Source of the DNA: Gammaproteobacteria bacterium
GTDB taxonomy: Bacteria > Pseudomonadota > Gammaproteobacteria > Burkholderiales > SG8-41
Reading direction: 5' to 3'
Length of the DNA: 64,000 nt
NCBI GenBank assembly: GCA_041483135.1
Contig: JBGPFE010000003.1
Span: 72,563-136,562, forward strand
The notes under the pieces were generated by a model. It ran no database searches. It was not told where the DNA came from and worked only from the letters and a program-made list of their open reading frames with translations. The translations under genes and the position numbers were made by a program. This document shows positions 19,446 through 32,807 of the stretch, piece by piece (position 1 is the first letter of the stretch; each line of letters starts with the position of its first letter).

Positions 19446-20894
19446 ATGCAACCAACGAATCAAGGCATCAGCGAAGACTGGCTATCGGTCTGGATAGGCC
19501 TGCTTGTATTCGTGCTCGCGCTGGGAGTGGTTGTCGGCACCGACGTGCTCGGATGGGTGGTCACGACCGGCGTCTGGAACGACCTGGGCAAAGCGTTGGC
19601 ACCGGCGTCCAAAGCGTATGCGGGGATAGGAGGTATTGCATCCCTGCTCGTCACATACGCAGTCCTGCTGGTGGTCATGACGGTGGGCGCGGTGGCGTTG
19701 AAAGCCGATGTCGTGAAGTTCGCGCTTGGCTTCACCGCCGTGTTCTGGCTCAGCTATATATGCTGGATTGCCGGCAGCTGGGCCAATTTCGCGGTTAACA
19801 CGCCTGCCGACATGCAGAAGTTCGGCATCGGCTGGTCGTTGCGGCTGACGGCGGAAGGCGGCTTCATCGTCGCGCTGCTGGTCGGGTTGTTCATCGGCAA
19901 CTTCATGCCCGGCCTCGCCGCGTGGATGCAGGAGGCAGTCAAGCCCGAGTTGTACATCAAGACCGCGATCGTCATTCTCGGCGGCTTCCTGGGTATTACC
20001 GCGGCGGAAAAACTGGGCCTCGCGACTTCGCTGATGTTCCGGGGGCTGGCCGCGATCATCGAAGCCTACCTGATCTACTGGGCGGTCGTGTATTACGTCT
20101 CGCGCAAGTGGTTCAAGTTCAGCCGCGAGTGGGCGGCGCCGCTCGCATCCGGCATCTCGATCTGCGGCGTCTCGGCGGCGATCGCTACCGGCAGCGCCAT
20201 CCGGGCGCGACCGGTGGTGGCGATCATGGTGTCGTCGCTGGTCGTCATCTTCGCGGTGGTCGAGCTGCTGATCCTGCCGTTCGCAGCGAACGCATTCCTT
20301 GCGCACGAACCGATGGTGGCGGGCGCTTGGATGGGATTAGCCGTGAAAACGGACGGGGCTGCAGTGGCGAGCGGGGCAATCACCGAATCGCTGATCATGG
20401 CGACCGCCGCGGCCGAAGGTATCAACTATCAGAAAGGCTGGATACTGGGCACCACCGCGACGGTGAAGATATTCATCGATATTTTCATCGGCATCTGGGC
20501 GTTCGTTCTTGCCTACATCTGGACCCGGTACATCAATGTCAAGCCGGGCGAGACAGCCAAGGTCGGCGAGATCTGGGAACGCTTTCCAAAGTTCATCATC
20601 GGCTACGTCGTGACCTTTCTCGTGATCCTGTTCTTTGCGCTTGGTGCGCCGGCCGAGACGACCGGAAAAATCAAGGCCGCGATGGGTGAAGCCAACGTGT
20701 TCCGCGGCATCTTCTTCGTGATGACGTTCTTTACGATCGGCGTCATGTCGAATTTCAGGAAGCTGTGGGAGGAAGGCATCGGCAAACTGGCGGCCGTTTA
20801 CGTGGTCTGCCTGTTCGGCTTCATCATCTGGGTGGGCCTGATCATCTCGTGGATTTTCTTCCACGGGGTCAAGCCGCCGCTGGTCGCAGGTTAA
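19446..20894 (+). CDS. Putative sulfate exporter (YeiH/PSE) family transporter
   Basis: Polytopic membrane protein with SGISICGVSAAIA and PELYIKTAIVILG motifs. AAGGAG RBS. Confidence 0.85.
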   Translation: MQPTNQGISEDWLSVWIGLLVFVLALGVVVGTDVLGWVVTTGVWNDLGKALAPASKAYAGIGGIASLLVTYAVLLVVMTVGAVALKADVVKFALGFTAVFWLSYICWIAGSWANFAVNTPADMQKFGIGWSLRLTAEGGFIVALLVGLFIGNFMPGLAAWMQEAVKPELYIKTAIVILGGFLGITAAEKLGLATSLMFRGLAAIIEAYLIYWAVVYYVSRKWFKFSREWAAPLASGISICGVSAAIATGSAIRARPVVAIMVSSLVVIFAVVELLILPFAANAFLAHEPMVAGAWMGLAVKTDGAAVASGAITESLIMATAAAEGINYQKGWILGTTATVKIFIDIFIGIWAFVLAYIWTRYINVKPGETAKVGEIWERFPKFIIGYVVTFLVILFFALGAPAETTGKIKAAMGEANVFRGIFFVMTFFTIGVMSNFRKLWEEGIGKLAAVYVVCLFGFIIWVGLIISWIFFHGVKPPLVAG

Positions 20895-20912
20895 ACGCGA
20901 GGAGACGCAAGC

Positions 20913-21071
20913 ATGGAACAACCGAAAATCGGCGATGAAATGCAGAAGATTCCCTATGAGCCTCTGCTGCCAATTGAAATGAAGCTGATCGGCTGGAGCC
21001 TGGGTATCGGCGTGGTGGCGATGGCAGTCCTGATATTCGTCAGTTATACCTATTTCCCGGCGGGAGGTTAG
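20913..21071 (+). CDS. Small single-pass membrane protein (52 aa), absent from the ORF track
   Basis: GAGGAG RBS, then MEQPKIGDEMQKIPYEPLLPIEMKLIGWSLGIGVVAMAVLIFVSYTYFPAGG*. Starts 18 nt after the transporter stop. Confidence 0.8.
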   Translation: MEQPKIGDEMQKIPYEPLLPIEMKLIGWSLGIGVVAMAVLIFVSYTYFPAGG

Positions 21072-21084
21072 GCAGGGCTGGCTA

Positions 21085-21753
21085 TCATCCGAGGTACGCG
21101 CGCAGTTCGGTGAGCTTGGCGAGCACCGCATCCGGTGCGGCGCCGAGCGCGTCGGGCTGGACGCCCGCGCGGTTGATCCAGAATACGTTGAAGCCGAAAT
21201 TTTTTGCACCCGCGGCGTCCCAGTAATTCGAAGAGACGAAGCCGATCTCGCTTTTGCCGACGCCGAGCTTGCCGGGCGCAAGCTGGTAGACGCGCGGATC
21301 GGGCTTGAATATCTTGACTTCATCGACGCTCATCACCGCGGCGAAGGTTTTATCCAGCCGGGCATTTTTTACCAAGTGACCAAGCATCGCTGGCGAACCG
21401 TTCGAAAGTATCGCGAGTTTGCGGCCGGATAGCGCTGCCAGCGCCTCGCTGGCGTCGGGGTAGAGAGCGAGCTTGTCGTAGGCCGCCATTAACTGCGCGC
21501 TCTTGCCGGCGTCGAGCGGCAGCTGCATTGAGTTGCACGCATATTCAAGCGCAGCACGCGTCACGGCGGTGAAATCCTCGTAGCGTCCCATCAGGCTGCG
21601 CAGCCAGGTGTATTCGAGTTGCTTGGCGCGCCACAACTGCGACAGCGCGGTTCCTTTGCCTGGAAACAGCCGCTCGCCCAGCGCAATCACCGAATTCACG
21701 TCGAACAGCGTGCCATAAGCATCGAATACGAAGGCTTTGACAGCTGTTTTCAT
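21085..21753 (-). CDS. Haloacid dehalogenase type II
   Basis: FDAYGTL, WRAKQLEYTW, LSNG, FKPDPRVY, FVSSNYWD. Confidence 0.94.
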   Translation of the reverse strand: MKTAVKAFVFDAYGTLFDVNSVIALGERLFPGKGTALSQLWRAKQLEYTWLRSLMGRYEDFTAVTRAALEYACNSMQLPLDAGKSAQLMAAYDKLALYPDASEALAALSGRKLAILSNGSPAMLGHLVKNARLDKTFAAVMSVDEVKIFKPDPRVYQLAPGKLGVGKSEIGFVSSNYWDAAGAKNFGFNVFWINRAGVQPDALGAAPDAVLAKLTELRAYLG

Positions 21754-21834
21754 GTTTTTTCTTCCTTAACGCGTTAAGGCGTGGCAGTGCTGCAAGCGGC
21801 GTTTGGACTCCATCCGGGCGTGCACCGAAGGTTA

Positions 21835-21862
21835 TTGAAATTCAGAACTTATTCCCCATTTA
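21835..21862 (+). promoter_or_regulatory. Sigma32 (RpoH) promoter of clpB
   Basis: TTGAAA-N13-CCCCATTTA, 34 nt upstream of the clpB ATG. Confidence 0.85.
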
Positions 21863-21896
21863 ATGGGTAATCTTGGGATTTCAAGCAGGGGTATCC

Positions 21897-24485
<2,589 letters not shown>

Positions 24486-24737
24486 TAGCTGCCGGCTTTT
24501 GCGCCCCGATTTGTCCAGGGCCAAGCGCGCGGGCTCGTCCGTCAGGCTGCGTGACGCGCTTTAACATGTTAATTTAGTCACATTACCCGTTAAATTGCCG
24601 CAAATAGTGACCGTCCGAGCGGAGTCCCGGAATGATTTTTGCTCGCGTTTTGGGTATTTTGACTGCTTAGCGGCTGCAGGGCGGGCCATAATCGGGTGGC
24701 TGCTGCGGTGCGGCGCAGGGACAGCTGGACAGGCTCA

Positions 24738-26987
24738 GTGAAAAAAACAGGCAAACAGAAATCACCCATCTCGACGCGCAGGGCGCCAGCTAAGCGCGGG
24801 AGCGAAATCGAGGTGTCGCGTCAGGCGCTGCGCGAGAAAGAGCGCATGCTCACGACCCTGATGAGCAACCTCGACGGCATGGTCTACCGCTGCCGCAACG
24901 ATGCTCACTGGACCATGGAATTCGTGAGCGAGGGCTGCTACTACCTGACCGGCTATTCTCGCGAGGAGTTATTGCTCAACAGCAAGATTTCGTACGAGCA
25001 GATCGAGCATTCGGACGATCGGACGCATGTGCGCGACGAGATCAGCGCAGCGCTGGCCGAAAAACGCCGCTTTTTCGTCGAATACCGGATCCAGACCCGC
25101 GACGGCGAAACCAAATGGGTATCTGAGCGCGGCGTCGGTATCTACGACGACGACGGCAAGGTTGTCACGATTGAGGGTTTTATCGAGGACGTGACCGAGC
25201 GCAAGCTGTCGACGCAGGCGCTGCAGCAGGCCGAGCGCAGCTTTCGCAGTATTTTCGAGAACGCGACCGAAGGCATTTTCCAGACGTCTCCTGACGGGCG
25301 CTATCTCAATATCAACCCGGCGCTGGCGCGCATCTACGGTTACGACACTCCCGCCGAGCTCATCGCCGGCATCGGCGACATCCAGCAGCAGCTGTACACC
25401 GATCCGGCGCGGCGTGCAGAATTCGCGCGCCTGATGCGCAAAAATGGCGCAGTGACCAACTTCGTTTCCGAAATCCAGCGCAAGAACGGCGACAAGATCT
25501 GGATCTCCGAGAATGCCCGCGCAGTGCTCGACGAAGCGGGCAATCTGTTGTTCTACGAGGGCACCGTCGAGGACGTCACCGCAACCAAGCTCGATCAGGA
25601 CAAGCTCGAGTACCTGGCCAACCACGACCCCGTGACCAATCTGCCCAACCGGCTGCTGATGAACGACCGTCTGCGGCAGATGATGCTGGGCGCCCAGCGC
25701 AACCACAGCGTCGTCGCGGTGGTGCTGGTCGACCTCGATCACTTCAAGCTGATCAACGACACTTTCGGCCACAACCGCGGTGACCAGCTGCTGCAGACGA
25801 TGTCGCATCGCATGCTCGCGTGTGTGCGCGAAAGCGATACGGTCGTGCGGCTCGGCGGCGATGAGTTCGTGCTGCTGCTGTCGGGGGCCGGCAGGGGCGA
25901 GGCGATGTCGCAGGTCACGCAGCGCGTGCTGAAAGCGATTGCGCTGCCGTGGAAGATCGAGGAGCGCGAGCTGAGCATCTCCTGCAGCATCGGCGTCAGC
26001 ATCTTTCCGCGTGATGGGCGCGACGTGCAGACGTTGCTCAAGAACGCCGATACCGCCATGTACAAGGCGAAGGAATTTGGCCGCAACAATTTCCAGTTTT
26101 ACTCACCCGACATGAATGCCGTGATCACCGAGCGGCTGGAGTTGCAGTCGGCGTTGCGCAAAGCGGTCGAGAACGAGCAGTTTGTGCTGCTGTATCAACC
26201 CAAGGTCGATCTGGTTTCGGGGCAGATCGCGGGCATGGAGGCATTACTGCGGGTGAAAAATGCCGATGGCAGCCTGCTGCAACCGCAGAGCTTCATTCAC
26301 CTGGCCGAGGAAACCGGACTGATCGTGACCATCGGCGAGTGGGTGATGCGCGAGGCGTGCGCATTCAACAAGTCCCTGCAGGACCAGGGGCTCCCGGTCA
26401 TGCGCGTGGCGATCAACCTGTCGGCGCGCCAGCTGATGCGTAACGATCTGGTGCGCACCGTGGAGCAGGCGCTGCGCGATACAGGATTAGCGGCGGAATA
26501 CCTCGAGCTCGAGCTGACCGAAAGCATGGTGATGCACGGACCGGAAAACGTGATCGCAACACTTGAGCAGCTCGAAGCGCTCGGGGTGGAGTTGAGCATC
26601 GACGATTTCGGTACCGGCTACTCGAGCCTGAGTTATCTGAAACGCTTCCCGGTAACGAGCCTCAAGATCGACCAGTCGTTCGTGCGCGACCTCGGCCAGG
26701 ACGACAACGCCGCGGCCATCGTCAAGGCCATCATTTCTCTTGGCCACAGCCTCGACATGAAAGTGATCGCGGAAGGCGTCGAGACGGAAAAGCAGATGTC
26801 ATTCCTGCTGGACAATCATTGTGATGCAATGCAGGGCTTCCTGTTCAGCCGCCCGCTTGCCGCGGACGAGTTCATCACGCTGCTCGAGCGCGAGAGCCGC
26901 AGCACCGGCAAGTTCTCGATTCTGCGCCAGCGCTGCTCGTCATTCAGCGACCAGTCGTCGCTGCAGTTCAACGCCAAAGTCAACTGA
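24738..26987 (+). CDS. PAS-PAS-GGDEF-EAL c-di-GMP enzyme
   Basis: Two PAS/PAC domains, RESD...[19 protein letters not shown]. Start uncertain (GTG at 24696 or 24738). Confidence 0.93.
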   Translation: MKKTGKQKSPISTRRAPAKRGSEIEVSRQALREKERMLTTLMSNLDGMVYRCRNDAHWTMEFVSEGCYYLTGYSREELLLNSKISYEQIEHSDDRTHVRDEISAALAEKRRFFVEYRIQTRDGETKWVSERGVGIYDDDGKVVTIEGFIEDVTERKLSTQALQQAERSFRSIFENATEGIFQTSPDGRYLNINPALARIYGYDTPAELIAGIGDIQQQLYTDPARRAEFARLMRKNGAVTNFVSEIQRKNGDKIWISENARAVLDEAGNLLFYEGTVEDVTATKLDQDKLEYLANHDPVTNLPNRLLMNDRLRQMMLGAQRNHSVVAVVLVDLDHFKLINDTFGHNRGDQLLQTMSHRMLACVRESDTVVRLGGDEFVLLLSGAGRGEAMSQVTQRVLKAIALPWKIEERELSISCSIGVSIFPRDGRDVQTLLKNADTAMYKAKEFGRNNFQFYSPDMNAVITERLELQSALRKAVENEQFVLLYQPKVDLVSGQIAGMEALLRVKNADGSLLQPQSFIHLAEETGLIVTIGEWVMREACAFNKSLQDQGLPVMRVAINLSARQLMRNDLVRTVEQALRDTGLAAEYLELELTESMVMHGPENVIATLEQLEALGVELSIDDFGTGYSSLSYLKRFPVTSLKIDQSFVRDLGQDDNAAAIVKAIISLGHSLDMKVIAEGVETEKQMSFLLDNHCDAMQGFLFSRPLAADEFITLLERESRSTGKFSILRQRCSSFSDQSSLQFNAKVN

Positions 26988-27070
26988 GTAGAGCCCGTTT
27001 CAAAAAAACGGAACAAACAACGGTTAGCCGTAGATGCGCTCTGCCCGGCGGCGAAGGGCGAAGGGTGATT

Positions 27071-30000
27071 TCACGTATTATCTGAGATAGCTTCTGCCGG
27101 TTTGCTGGCAGCGGCACTGTTCTGCAGCAGGCGGAAAAACTCATTCTCCGGCAGAGGCCTGCTGAAATAATAGCCCTGCATCTCGTCACATTCGTGGTCG
27201 CGCAGAAAGCGTAGCTGCTCACCGGTCTCGACCCCTTCGGCGATTACCTTGAGCCGCAGGCTGTGCGCCATCACGATGATCGCCCGGGTGATCGCGGCAT
27301 CGTCGCTGTTCCCTGGAATATCCTGAATGAACGAACGGTCTATTTTCACGCTGTCTATCGGGAAGCGCTTGAGATAATTCAGCGACGAATAGCCGGTGCC
27401 GAAATCATCGATCGCAAGATGTATCCCCATGGCCTTGAGTTTGATCAACAGTTTCGCCGCAAACTCCGGATTGCGCATTACCATGCTCTCGGTGATCTCG
27501 AGTTCCAGTAAATTCGGGTCCAACCCGGTCTCGTCCAGCACCCTCGCCACATCCTGCAGCAGGTTTTCGTGAGCGAACTGGCGCGGCGACAGGTTCACCG
27601 CGATGCACAACGGCGGCAGCCCCTGTTCCTGCCAGGACTTGTTCCGGGCGCAGGCGGTCTTCAATACCCATTCGCCGATAGGCACGATCAGGCCGGTTTC
27701 CTCTGCCAGCGGAATGAACTGCGCCGGCGGTAACAGCACCTTGGCCGGTTGCTGCCAGCGCACCAGCGCCTCCATGCCGGTGATGCGCCCGCTGCCGATA
27801 TCGACTTTGGGCTGGTAATGGAGCAGAAACTCGTTGCGCTCCAGGGCGCGGCGCAAATTGGATTCCAGCGTCAGGCGCTCGAGAGAATGGACGTTCATCT
27901 GCGCCGAGTAGAACTGGTAGTTGTTCTTGCCCTGTTCCTTGGCGCGGTACATCGAGATATCGGCGTTCTTCAGCAGGCTTTGCATGTCCTCGCTGTCGGC
28001 GGGGTAGGTGCTGATGCCGATGCTTGCGGTGATGTGGAATTCCTGTGCGTCAAGGATGAACGGTTTGGCGACGGCGGCGAGGATTTTCTGCGCCACCGCG
28101 GCGACCTGCACGGGCTCGGGTAATTCCTCGATCAGCACAACAAACTCGTCACCGCCGAGGCGGCCGACGGTGTCGCTTTCGCGCAGGCACTCGCGCAAGC
28201 GATCCGCAACTTCCTTGAGCACGCGGTCTCCGGCGTCGTGGCCGAGAGTGTCGTTGATGTTCTTGAAACGGTCGAGGTCGACGAACAGAATCGCCAGTGG
28301 CTTGGCATGCCGCCGCGCCTGCGCGAGCGAGCGAGCGAGCTGCTGGTTGAACATGCTGCGGTTGGGTAACCCGGTGAGCTCATCGTAATGCGCGAGGTGA
28401 CGGACGCGCTCCTCCGCCTGTTTGCGCTGGATGAACTGCCCGATCTGGCTCCCGATGGCCCGCACGACCTGTAACAGCGCCAAGTCAGGCTGCTCTATGT
28501 TGCGACTGAAGAATTCGATCACGCCCATTGGCTGTGCCCCGGACAGGATCGGGAACCCAAAGGCGCAGTGCAGGCCCGCTTTCTCGGCGTTCTTGCCACG
28601 CCGGAAACCCGGCTCCCGGGTGACATCGGGGAACCACACCGGGGCGCCATCGAGCCAAACCCGTCGCACCAGGCCGCCGGTCTTGGTCTTGGGAGCCTCG
28701 CCCAGCCAGGCCGGCGCTTCATTGGTGGTTTGGCGGCTGAATGCGATGAACTCCGCGACCTCGGCGGCTTCGACGTGCCATGTTTCGTAACAGCTCAGCA
28801 GTTGGGCCTTGTCATCCCATCGCCAGTGAGTGCCGCAGGCCCATCCCAGACTTTCGCAGATGGTTTGGATGATCCTGGTGATCGCTTCCGCCGGTGTATC
28901 GGCCTCCGCGAGCACGCGCGTCACGGCGTGTTCCATCGCCTGCCGCAGTTCCGCCTGCTTGCGCTGGGTGATGTCCTCGACCACGCTGATCACGTATTGC
29001 GGGTTGCCGGCGTCATCGCGGACGATCGACATAGTGCGCAGCGCCCATATGACCATACCGTCTTTGCGCACGAAACGCTTTTCGCCGATGGCCGACTTCA
29101 TTACACCCTGGGTGACTTCGCCCCGGAGCGCGGCCCCCTGGCCGTAATCATCGGAATGGGTGATGTCCTTGACGGCCTTGCCGATAAGCTCAGTGCGCGC
29201 GTAGCCAAGCATGTCGCAGAACTTCTGGTTGACATCGACCAGCACGCCGTTGAGATCAACGCGCGTGATCCCGACCGCCGCATTTTCGAACATCGCGCGG
29301 TAACGTTCTTCATTCAGCTTGGATTCGGTCACATCGTCGATAACGCGTATGTAGTACTGCGGCGTGCCGTCCGCGCTCCTCGCGACGGATGTGGTGCGCT
29401 TGGTCGAGATCACCCTGCCGTGCTTGCTGAGGTAACGTTTTTCCGACTGGTAGATGTCGATCTTGCCCTCGAGCAGTTGCTGTTCGAGTTCGGCGTCGGT
29501 GTTGACGTCGTCGGGAACTATGATCATTGCCGTGGGCTGCTGCTGCAGCTCCTCGAGGCTGTAGCCCGTCATGTCGAGGAATCTCTTGTTGGCGAGCAGC
29601 ATCCGGCGATCGAGCGAAGTGTGAAGGATCCCGACCGCCGCGTAATTGAATGTCAGCTCGAAGCGGCGCTCGAGATCCTTGCGCTCGGTGATGTCGATAA
29701 TGGTGCCGATCAATCCCGCGATGCTGCCGTCGGCGCGCGTAAATGTGGCTTTGTAATAAATCGTGTCATGATGCCGTCCGTCGGGGGTCGTGATGGAGGT
29801 CTCGTACACCTGGGTTCCGGGGCGGTTCCACAGCACCTGATCGTCCGCGTGCAGCCGATCCGCGACTTCCGGATTGTTGGGGTAGAGGTCGTGCACCGTC
29901 TTGCCCAGGAACGCTTTGCGCGGCCGGCCAAAATAAGCCTCCCATGCCTTGTTTACTCCGAGGTAGCGCCCGTCGGTGCCCTTGAAATAAATCGGATTTG

Positions 30001-31210
30001 GCAGCACCTCGATCAGCTCCTGCGTCATGCGCTGCGCTTCGGCGAGCTCGGCTTCGCTCGTGCGCAGATCCTCGGTGATGCGATTGGCCAGGGTGACCGC
30101 CCTGCTGCCGGTGGTCGCGAGTGAGCGTATCAGCCCGAACAGCAGCAGGCTGATGGTGACTCCGCCGAGCAAGGCGGCGTACGGCAGCCAGCGGTCGGAG
30201 GGGGCGACAATTTCCTGTCGCGCGCTGAAATACAGGTTCCATCGGCGCTCGCCCACCTCCAGCCCTGACATGCTGGTTAAACCCGTGAGCTCGCCGTCGA
30301 TTGAGGCCGGTTGCGAGGACGGCGCTGTGAGCAGGCGGTCGCTGTCGAACATCAGGTTTTCCGCCGCCGGCGGCTGCAGCCCCTGTGGGCTGTCCAGGAA
30401 CCCGGCGTCGTGGATGCGGACATGGATTTTTTGCAGGAATTGGTCGTTTAATACCCCGCGCATCAGGTCGATCACGATAAACGCCGCGCTCACCATGCCG
30501 GTGAAAGCTGCGCGGCGCTGCGCCACGGTGGCAAGCGGCATGCCTTTGCGATAGGTCGGCAGGCGCATCGCAAATCCCGGATGCCTGCGCGGATCAAGTG
30601 ACAGCGCGATGCTTCCGGACGCCGTGATCCGGCCCGAGTCGCGCGTGCGCACGAGCGCGGCAAGACGCACCGCATCGCCGCCGAGATCGAGCCCGAGCGC
30701 CACCTCGTTGCCCGCCATCGGCTCGACATATTGCACGATTACGTACTCCGACCGGTCTCCCGGCGGCTTGACCGTAAAGTCCGGGTAACCGCGGGGATCC
30801 AAGCTGGTGTCGTTGCGCACCATCGCTTCAAAAGCCTGCTTCTGCGCGGCAGCAATGCGCTGACCGTAGTTAATACCCTGAATGCCGGGATAACGGCGGT
30901 TCAGTTCGAGACTGTCGATATAGTCCCTGAACTCGCCCCGGCTGACAGAATCCGATGCGATAAACAGTCCTCTCACCCCGAGCAGGACGTCGGAATAAGC
31001 GTGGATACGCGATTCAACGGCATCGCTCGCGTCGTTAACGGCGGTTTCGAATTTCAGCCGGGCCTCGCGCCCCACCTGATTTGCCGTCCAATACGAAGCG
31101 GCGGCAGACAGGACGATACCGATGGCGAGCACCACAAACGCGGTAGAAGCGTGGCTGACGATAGTAGCTATCTTTGGCCGCATGCCAGGACCCGGCAGAA
31201 CAGGGCTCAT
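27071..31210 (-). CDS. CHASE-PAS-PAS-PAS-GAF-GGDEF-EAL c-di-GMP enzyme
   Basis: TM-CHASE-TM ([15 protein letters not shown]), three PAS domains, GAF, GGDEF, EALVRW. Start likely ATG 31210 or 31183; the track's extension to 31363 is pseudogene-derived. Confidence 0.92.
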   Translation of the reverse strand: MSPVLPGPGMRPKIATIVSHASTAFVVLAIGIVLSAAASYWTANQVGREARLKFETAVNDASDAVESRIHAYSDVLLGVRGLFIASDSVSRGEFRDYIDSLELNRRYPGIQGINYGQRIAAAQKQAFEAMVRNDTSLDPRGYPDFTVKPPGDRSEYVIVQYVEPMAGNEVALGLDLGGDAVRLAALVRTRDSGRITASGSIALSLDPRRHPGFAMRLPTYRKGMPLATVAQRRAAFTGMVSAAFIVIDLMRGVLNDQFLQKIHVRIHDAGFLDSPQGLQPPAAENLMFDSDRLLTAPSSQPASIDGELTGLTSMSGLEVGERRWNLYFSARQEIVAPSDRWLPYAALLGGVTISLLLFGLIRSLATTGSRAVTLANRITEDLRTSEAELAEAQRMTQELIEVLPNPIYFKGTDGRYLGVNKAWEAYFGRPRKAFLGKTVHDLYPNNPEVADRLHADDQVLWNRPGTQVYETSITTPDGRHHDTIYYKATFTRADGSIAGLIGTIIDITERKDLERRFELTFNYAAVGILHTSLDRRMLLANKRFLDMTGYSLEELQQQPTAMIIVPDDVNTDAELEQQLLEGKIDIYQSEKRYLSKHGRVISTKRTTSVARSADGTPQYYIRVIDDVTESKLNEERYRAMFENAAVGITRVDLNGVLVDVNQKFCDMLGYARTELIGKAVKDITHSDDYGQGAALRGEVTQGVMKSAIGEKRFVRKDGMVIWALRTMSIVRDDAGNPQYVISVVEDITQRKQAELRQAMEHAVTRVLAEADTPAEAITRIIQTICESLGWACGTHWRWDDKAQLLSCYETWHVEAAEVAEFIAFSRQTTNEAPAWLGEAPKTKTGGLVRRVWLDGAPVWFPDVTREPGFRRGKNAEKAGLHCAFGFPILSGAQPMGVIEFFSRNIEQPDLALLQVVRAIGSQIGQFIQRKQAEERVRHLAHYDELTGLPNRSMFNQQLARSLAQARRHAKPLAILFVDLDRFKNINDTLGHDAGDRVLKEVADRLRECLRESDTVGRLGGDEFVVLIEELPEPVQVAAVAQKILAAVAKPFILDAQEFHITASIGISTYPADSEDMQSLLKNADISMYRAKEQGKNNYQFYSAQMNVHSLERLTLESNLRRALERNEFLLHYQPKVDIGSGRITGMEALVRWQQPAKVLLPPAQFIPLAEETGLIVPIGEWVLKTACARNKSWQEQGLPPLCIAVNLSPRQFAHENLLQDVARVLDETGLDPNLLELEITESMVMRNPEFAAKLLIKLKAMGIHLAIDDFGTGYSSLNYLKRFPIDSVKIDRSFIQDIPGNSDDAAITRAIIVMAHSLRLKVIAEGVETGEQLRFLRDHECDEMQGYYFSRPLPENEFFRLLQNSAAASKPAEAISDNT

Positions 31211-31312
31211 ATAGGGATTTGTTGGGGCGCTAATCGCCGCACGGGATATGTTATGCGAGGCAAGTTTACCCTTGCTCAGAGCCGCCCGGGGGGGAATATG
31301 AATTGATGCTTG

Positions 31313-31650
31313 GTCTGTCAAGCGTATCGGAATGACCGCTTCCGAGTGCAAGGTCCTGTGCACCGGGCATGTGTGTGCAATCTCCGGGAGCTGCGCGCAC
31401 AGCGCCTCGTCGAGAGCCCCTGCAAGTTTGATTTCGCGCTCGATCCGGTCGATTTTACTTTCTTTGGTTTCGCACTCGCTGCAGGTTACGCCATGGATTT
31501 TTCAGAGCTCGAGCCGCACCGTGACTTTTCGAGCGGTCATTGCTTCTGATCGGCATAAAGGCGGAGCGTCATCGAGGTGAACGCGCCGAGCAGCAGACGG
31601 GACGAACGGGTGAAGTTGCTCTTCGTCGACATGGAAACGCGCGCACGTTG
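31313..31650 (-). pseudogene. Degenerate OsmC-domain remnant
   Basis: Reads LLLGAFTSMTLRLYADQKQ*PLE/(frameshift)[38 protein letters not shown]...[10 protein letters not shown]. Colinear with the C-terminus of the gene at 32808..34034. Confidence 0.85.
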
Positions 31651-31847
31651 CGGGTGCGCGTGACGCCACGGCAATCGGGCGTGTGCGATGCGGCGCGACA
31701 ACATGAATCGACAATGCACGGTCGCGGAACAACCCAGCGGGCTGGCGGCAGTATGGGTGTTCCCGTATTATAGAAGACAACCGGCTGCGGGCAGCGACCC
31801 GAATCTCGGTTGGCAATGTCTTGACTCCAAAGTCCAGCGATACGCAG

Positions 31848-32699
31848 ATGAACAAATTCAGCTTTTTCGAGTTCCTCGATCTGCCGGAGAAGATTTTCAT
31901 TGTGGATGTTGGTGCTGCGGTCGATGGCCAGCCGGAACGGTATGCCGGGTTGCTCGAGCACGACAGGGCCCACGTTTACGCGTGCGAGCCTGACGAGGCG
32001 GCGCGCAACACCCTGCCTACTCACTACCGGAAAAACCTGACCGTAATCCCCGATTTTCTCGGCGACGGTCGCGAGTCGACCTTTTACCAAACCAACCGGT
32101 CACCGACGAGTTCGCTGTTCCGGCCCAACCCGGCCGTGCTCGATTTATTCCCGAGCATCGGCGACGTCACCCGCGTGGAGGCAGTAAGGCGGGTCGCGAC
32201 GAAAAAGCTCGATGACGTCGACGGCATCGAGGATTGCGATTTCATCAAGATCGACGTGCAGGGCGCCGAAATCGAGGTCCTTTCAAATGCCCGCAGGATT
32301 CTCGACATGAGCACTCTGATCCAGACCGAGGTCTGCTTCCTCCCGTTGTACGCGAATCAGCCGTTGTTCGGAGACATCGATATCTTCCTGCGGCAGAAGG
32401 GATTCGCTTTCCACACGTTTGCCGGCGTCGCGCTGCGGCCGTTCAGGCCGCTGCCTTTTACCGGCGAGCGCGCGCCGTGGATGAACCAGTATGCATGGGG
32501 GGACGCGGTCTATATCAAAGACCCGACGCAATTAGGCGGTGTGCCGGTACCCAAACTCTTCAAGCTTGCCGCGCTGATGCACGAGTTCTACGACAGCTAC
32601 GACTTGACGGCTTTGCTGCTCGGCGAAGTCGATGCCCGGCTCGGCACCGGGCATCAGGCCGCTTACTTGGCGTGGTTGAAAGGGCACGGAATGCTGTGA
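31848..32699 (+). CDS. FkbM-family SAM methyltransferase
   Basis: IVDVGA, FIKIDVQGAE, LYANQPLFGDID, WGDAVY. Confidence 0.88.
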   Translation: MNKFSFFEFLDLPEKIFIVDVGAAVDGQPERYAGLLEHDRAHVYACEPDEAARNTLPTHYRKNLTVIPDFLGDGRESTFYQTNRSPTSSLFRPNPAVLDLFPSIGDVTRVEAVRRVATKKLDDVDGIEDCDFIKIDVQGAEIEVLSNARRILDMSTLIQTEVCFLPLYANQPLFGDIDIFLRQKGFAFHTFAGVALRPFRPLPFTGERAPWMNQYAWGDAVYIKDPTQLGGVPVPKLFKLAALMHEFYDSYDLTALLLGEVDARLGTGHQAAYLAWLKGHGML

Positions 32700-32807
32700 A
32701 ACGTGCGGCCGGGGCGGGACATTGGTACGATTCTTGGCATGCGGCAAGCGTGCAAGCGCGCGGGATCGTTGCTGGTGTGTGACTGCATCTGGCCGCCTTG
32801 TAAAGGC

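Noticed and set aside
26989-27070. TAGAGCCCGTTTCAAAA (IS-end-like) and GGCGAAG GGCGAAG GGTGATT heptamers between the GGDEF genes
   Set aside because: No partner end or inverted arm was found. A short CCGTTT/AAACGG hairpin explains part of it.
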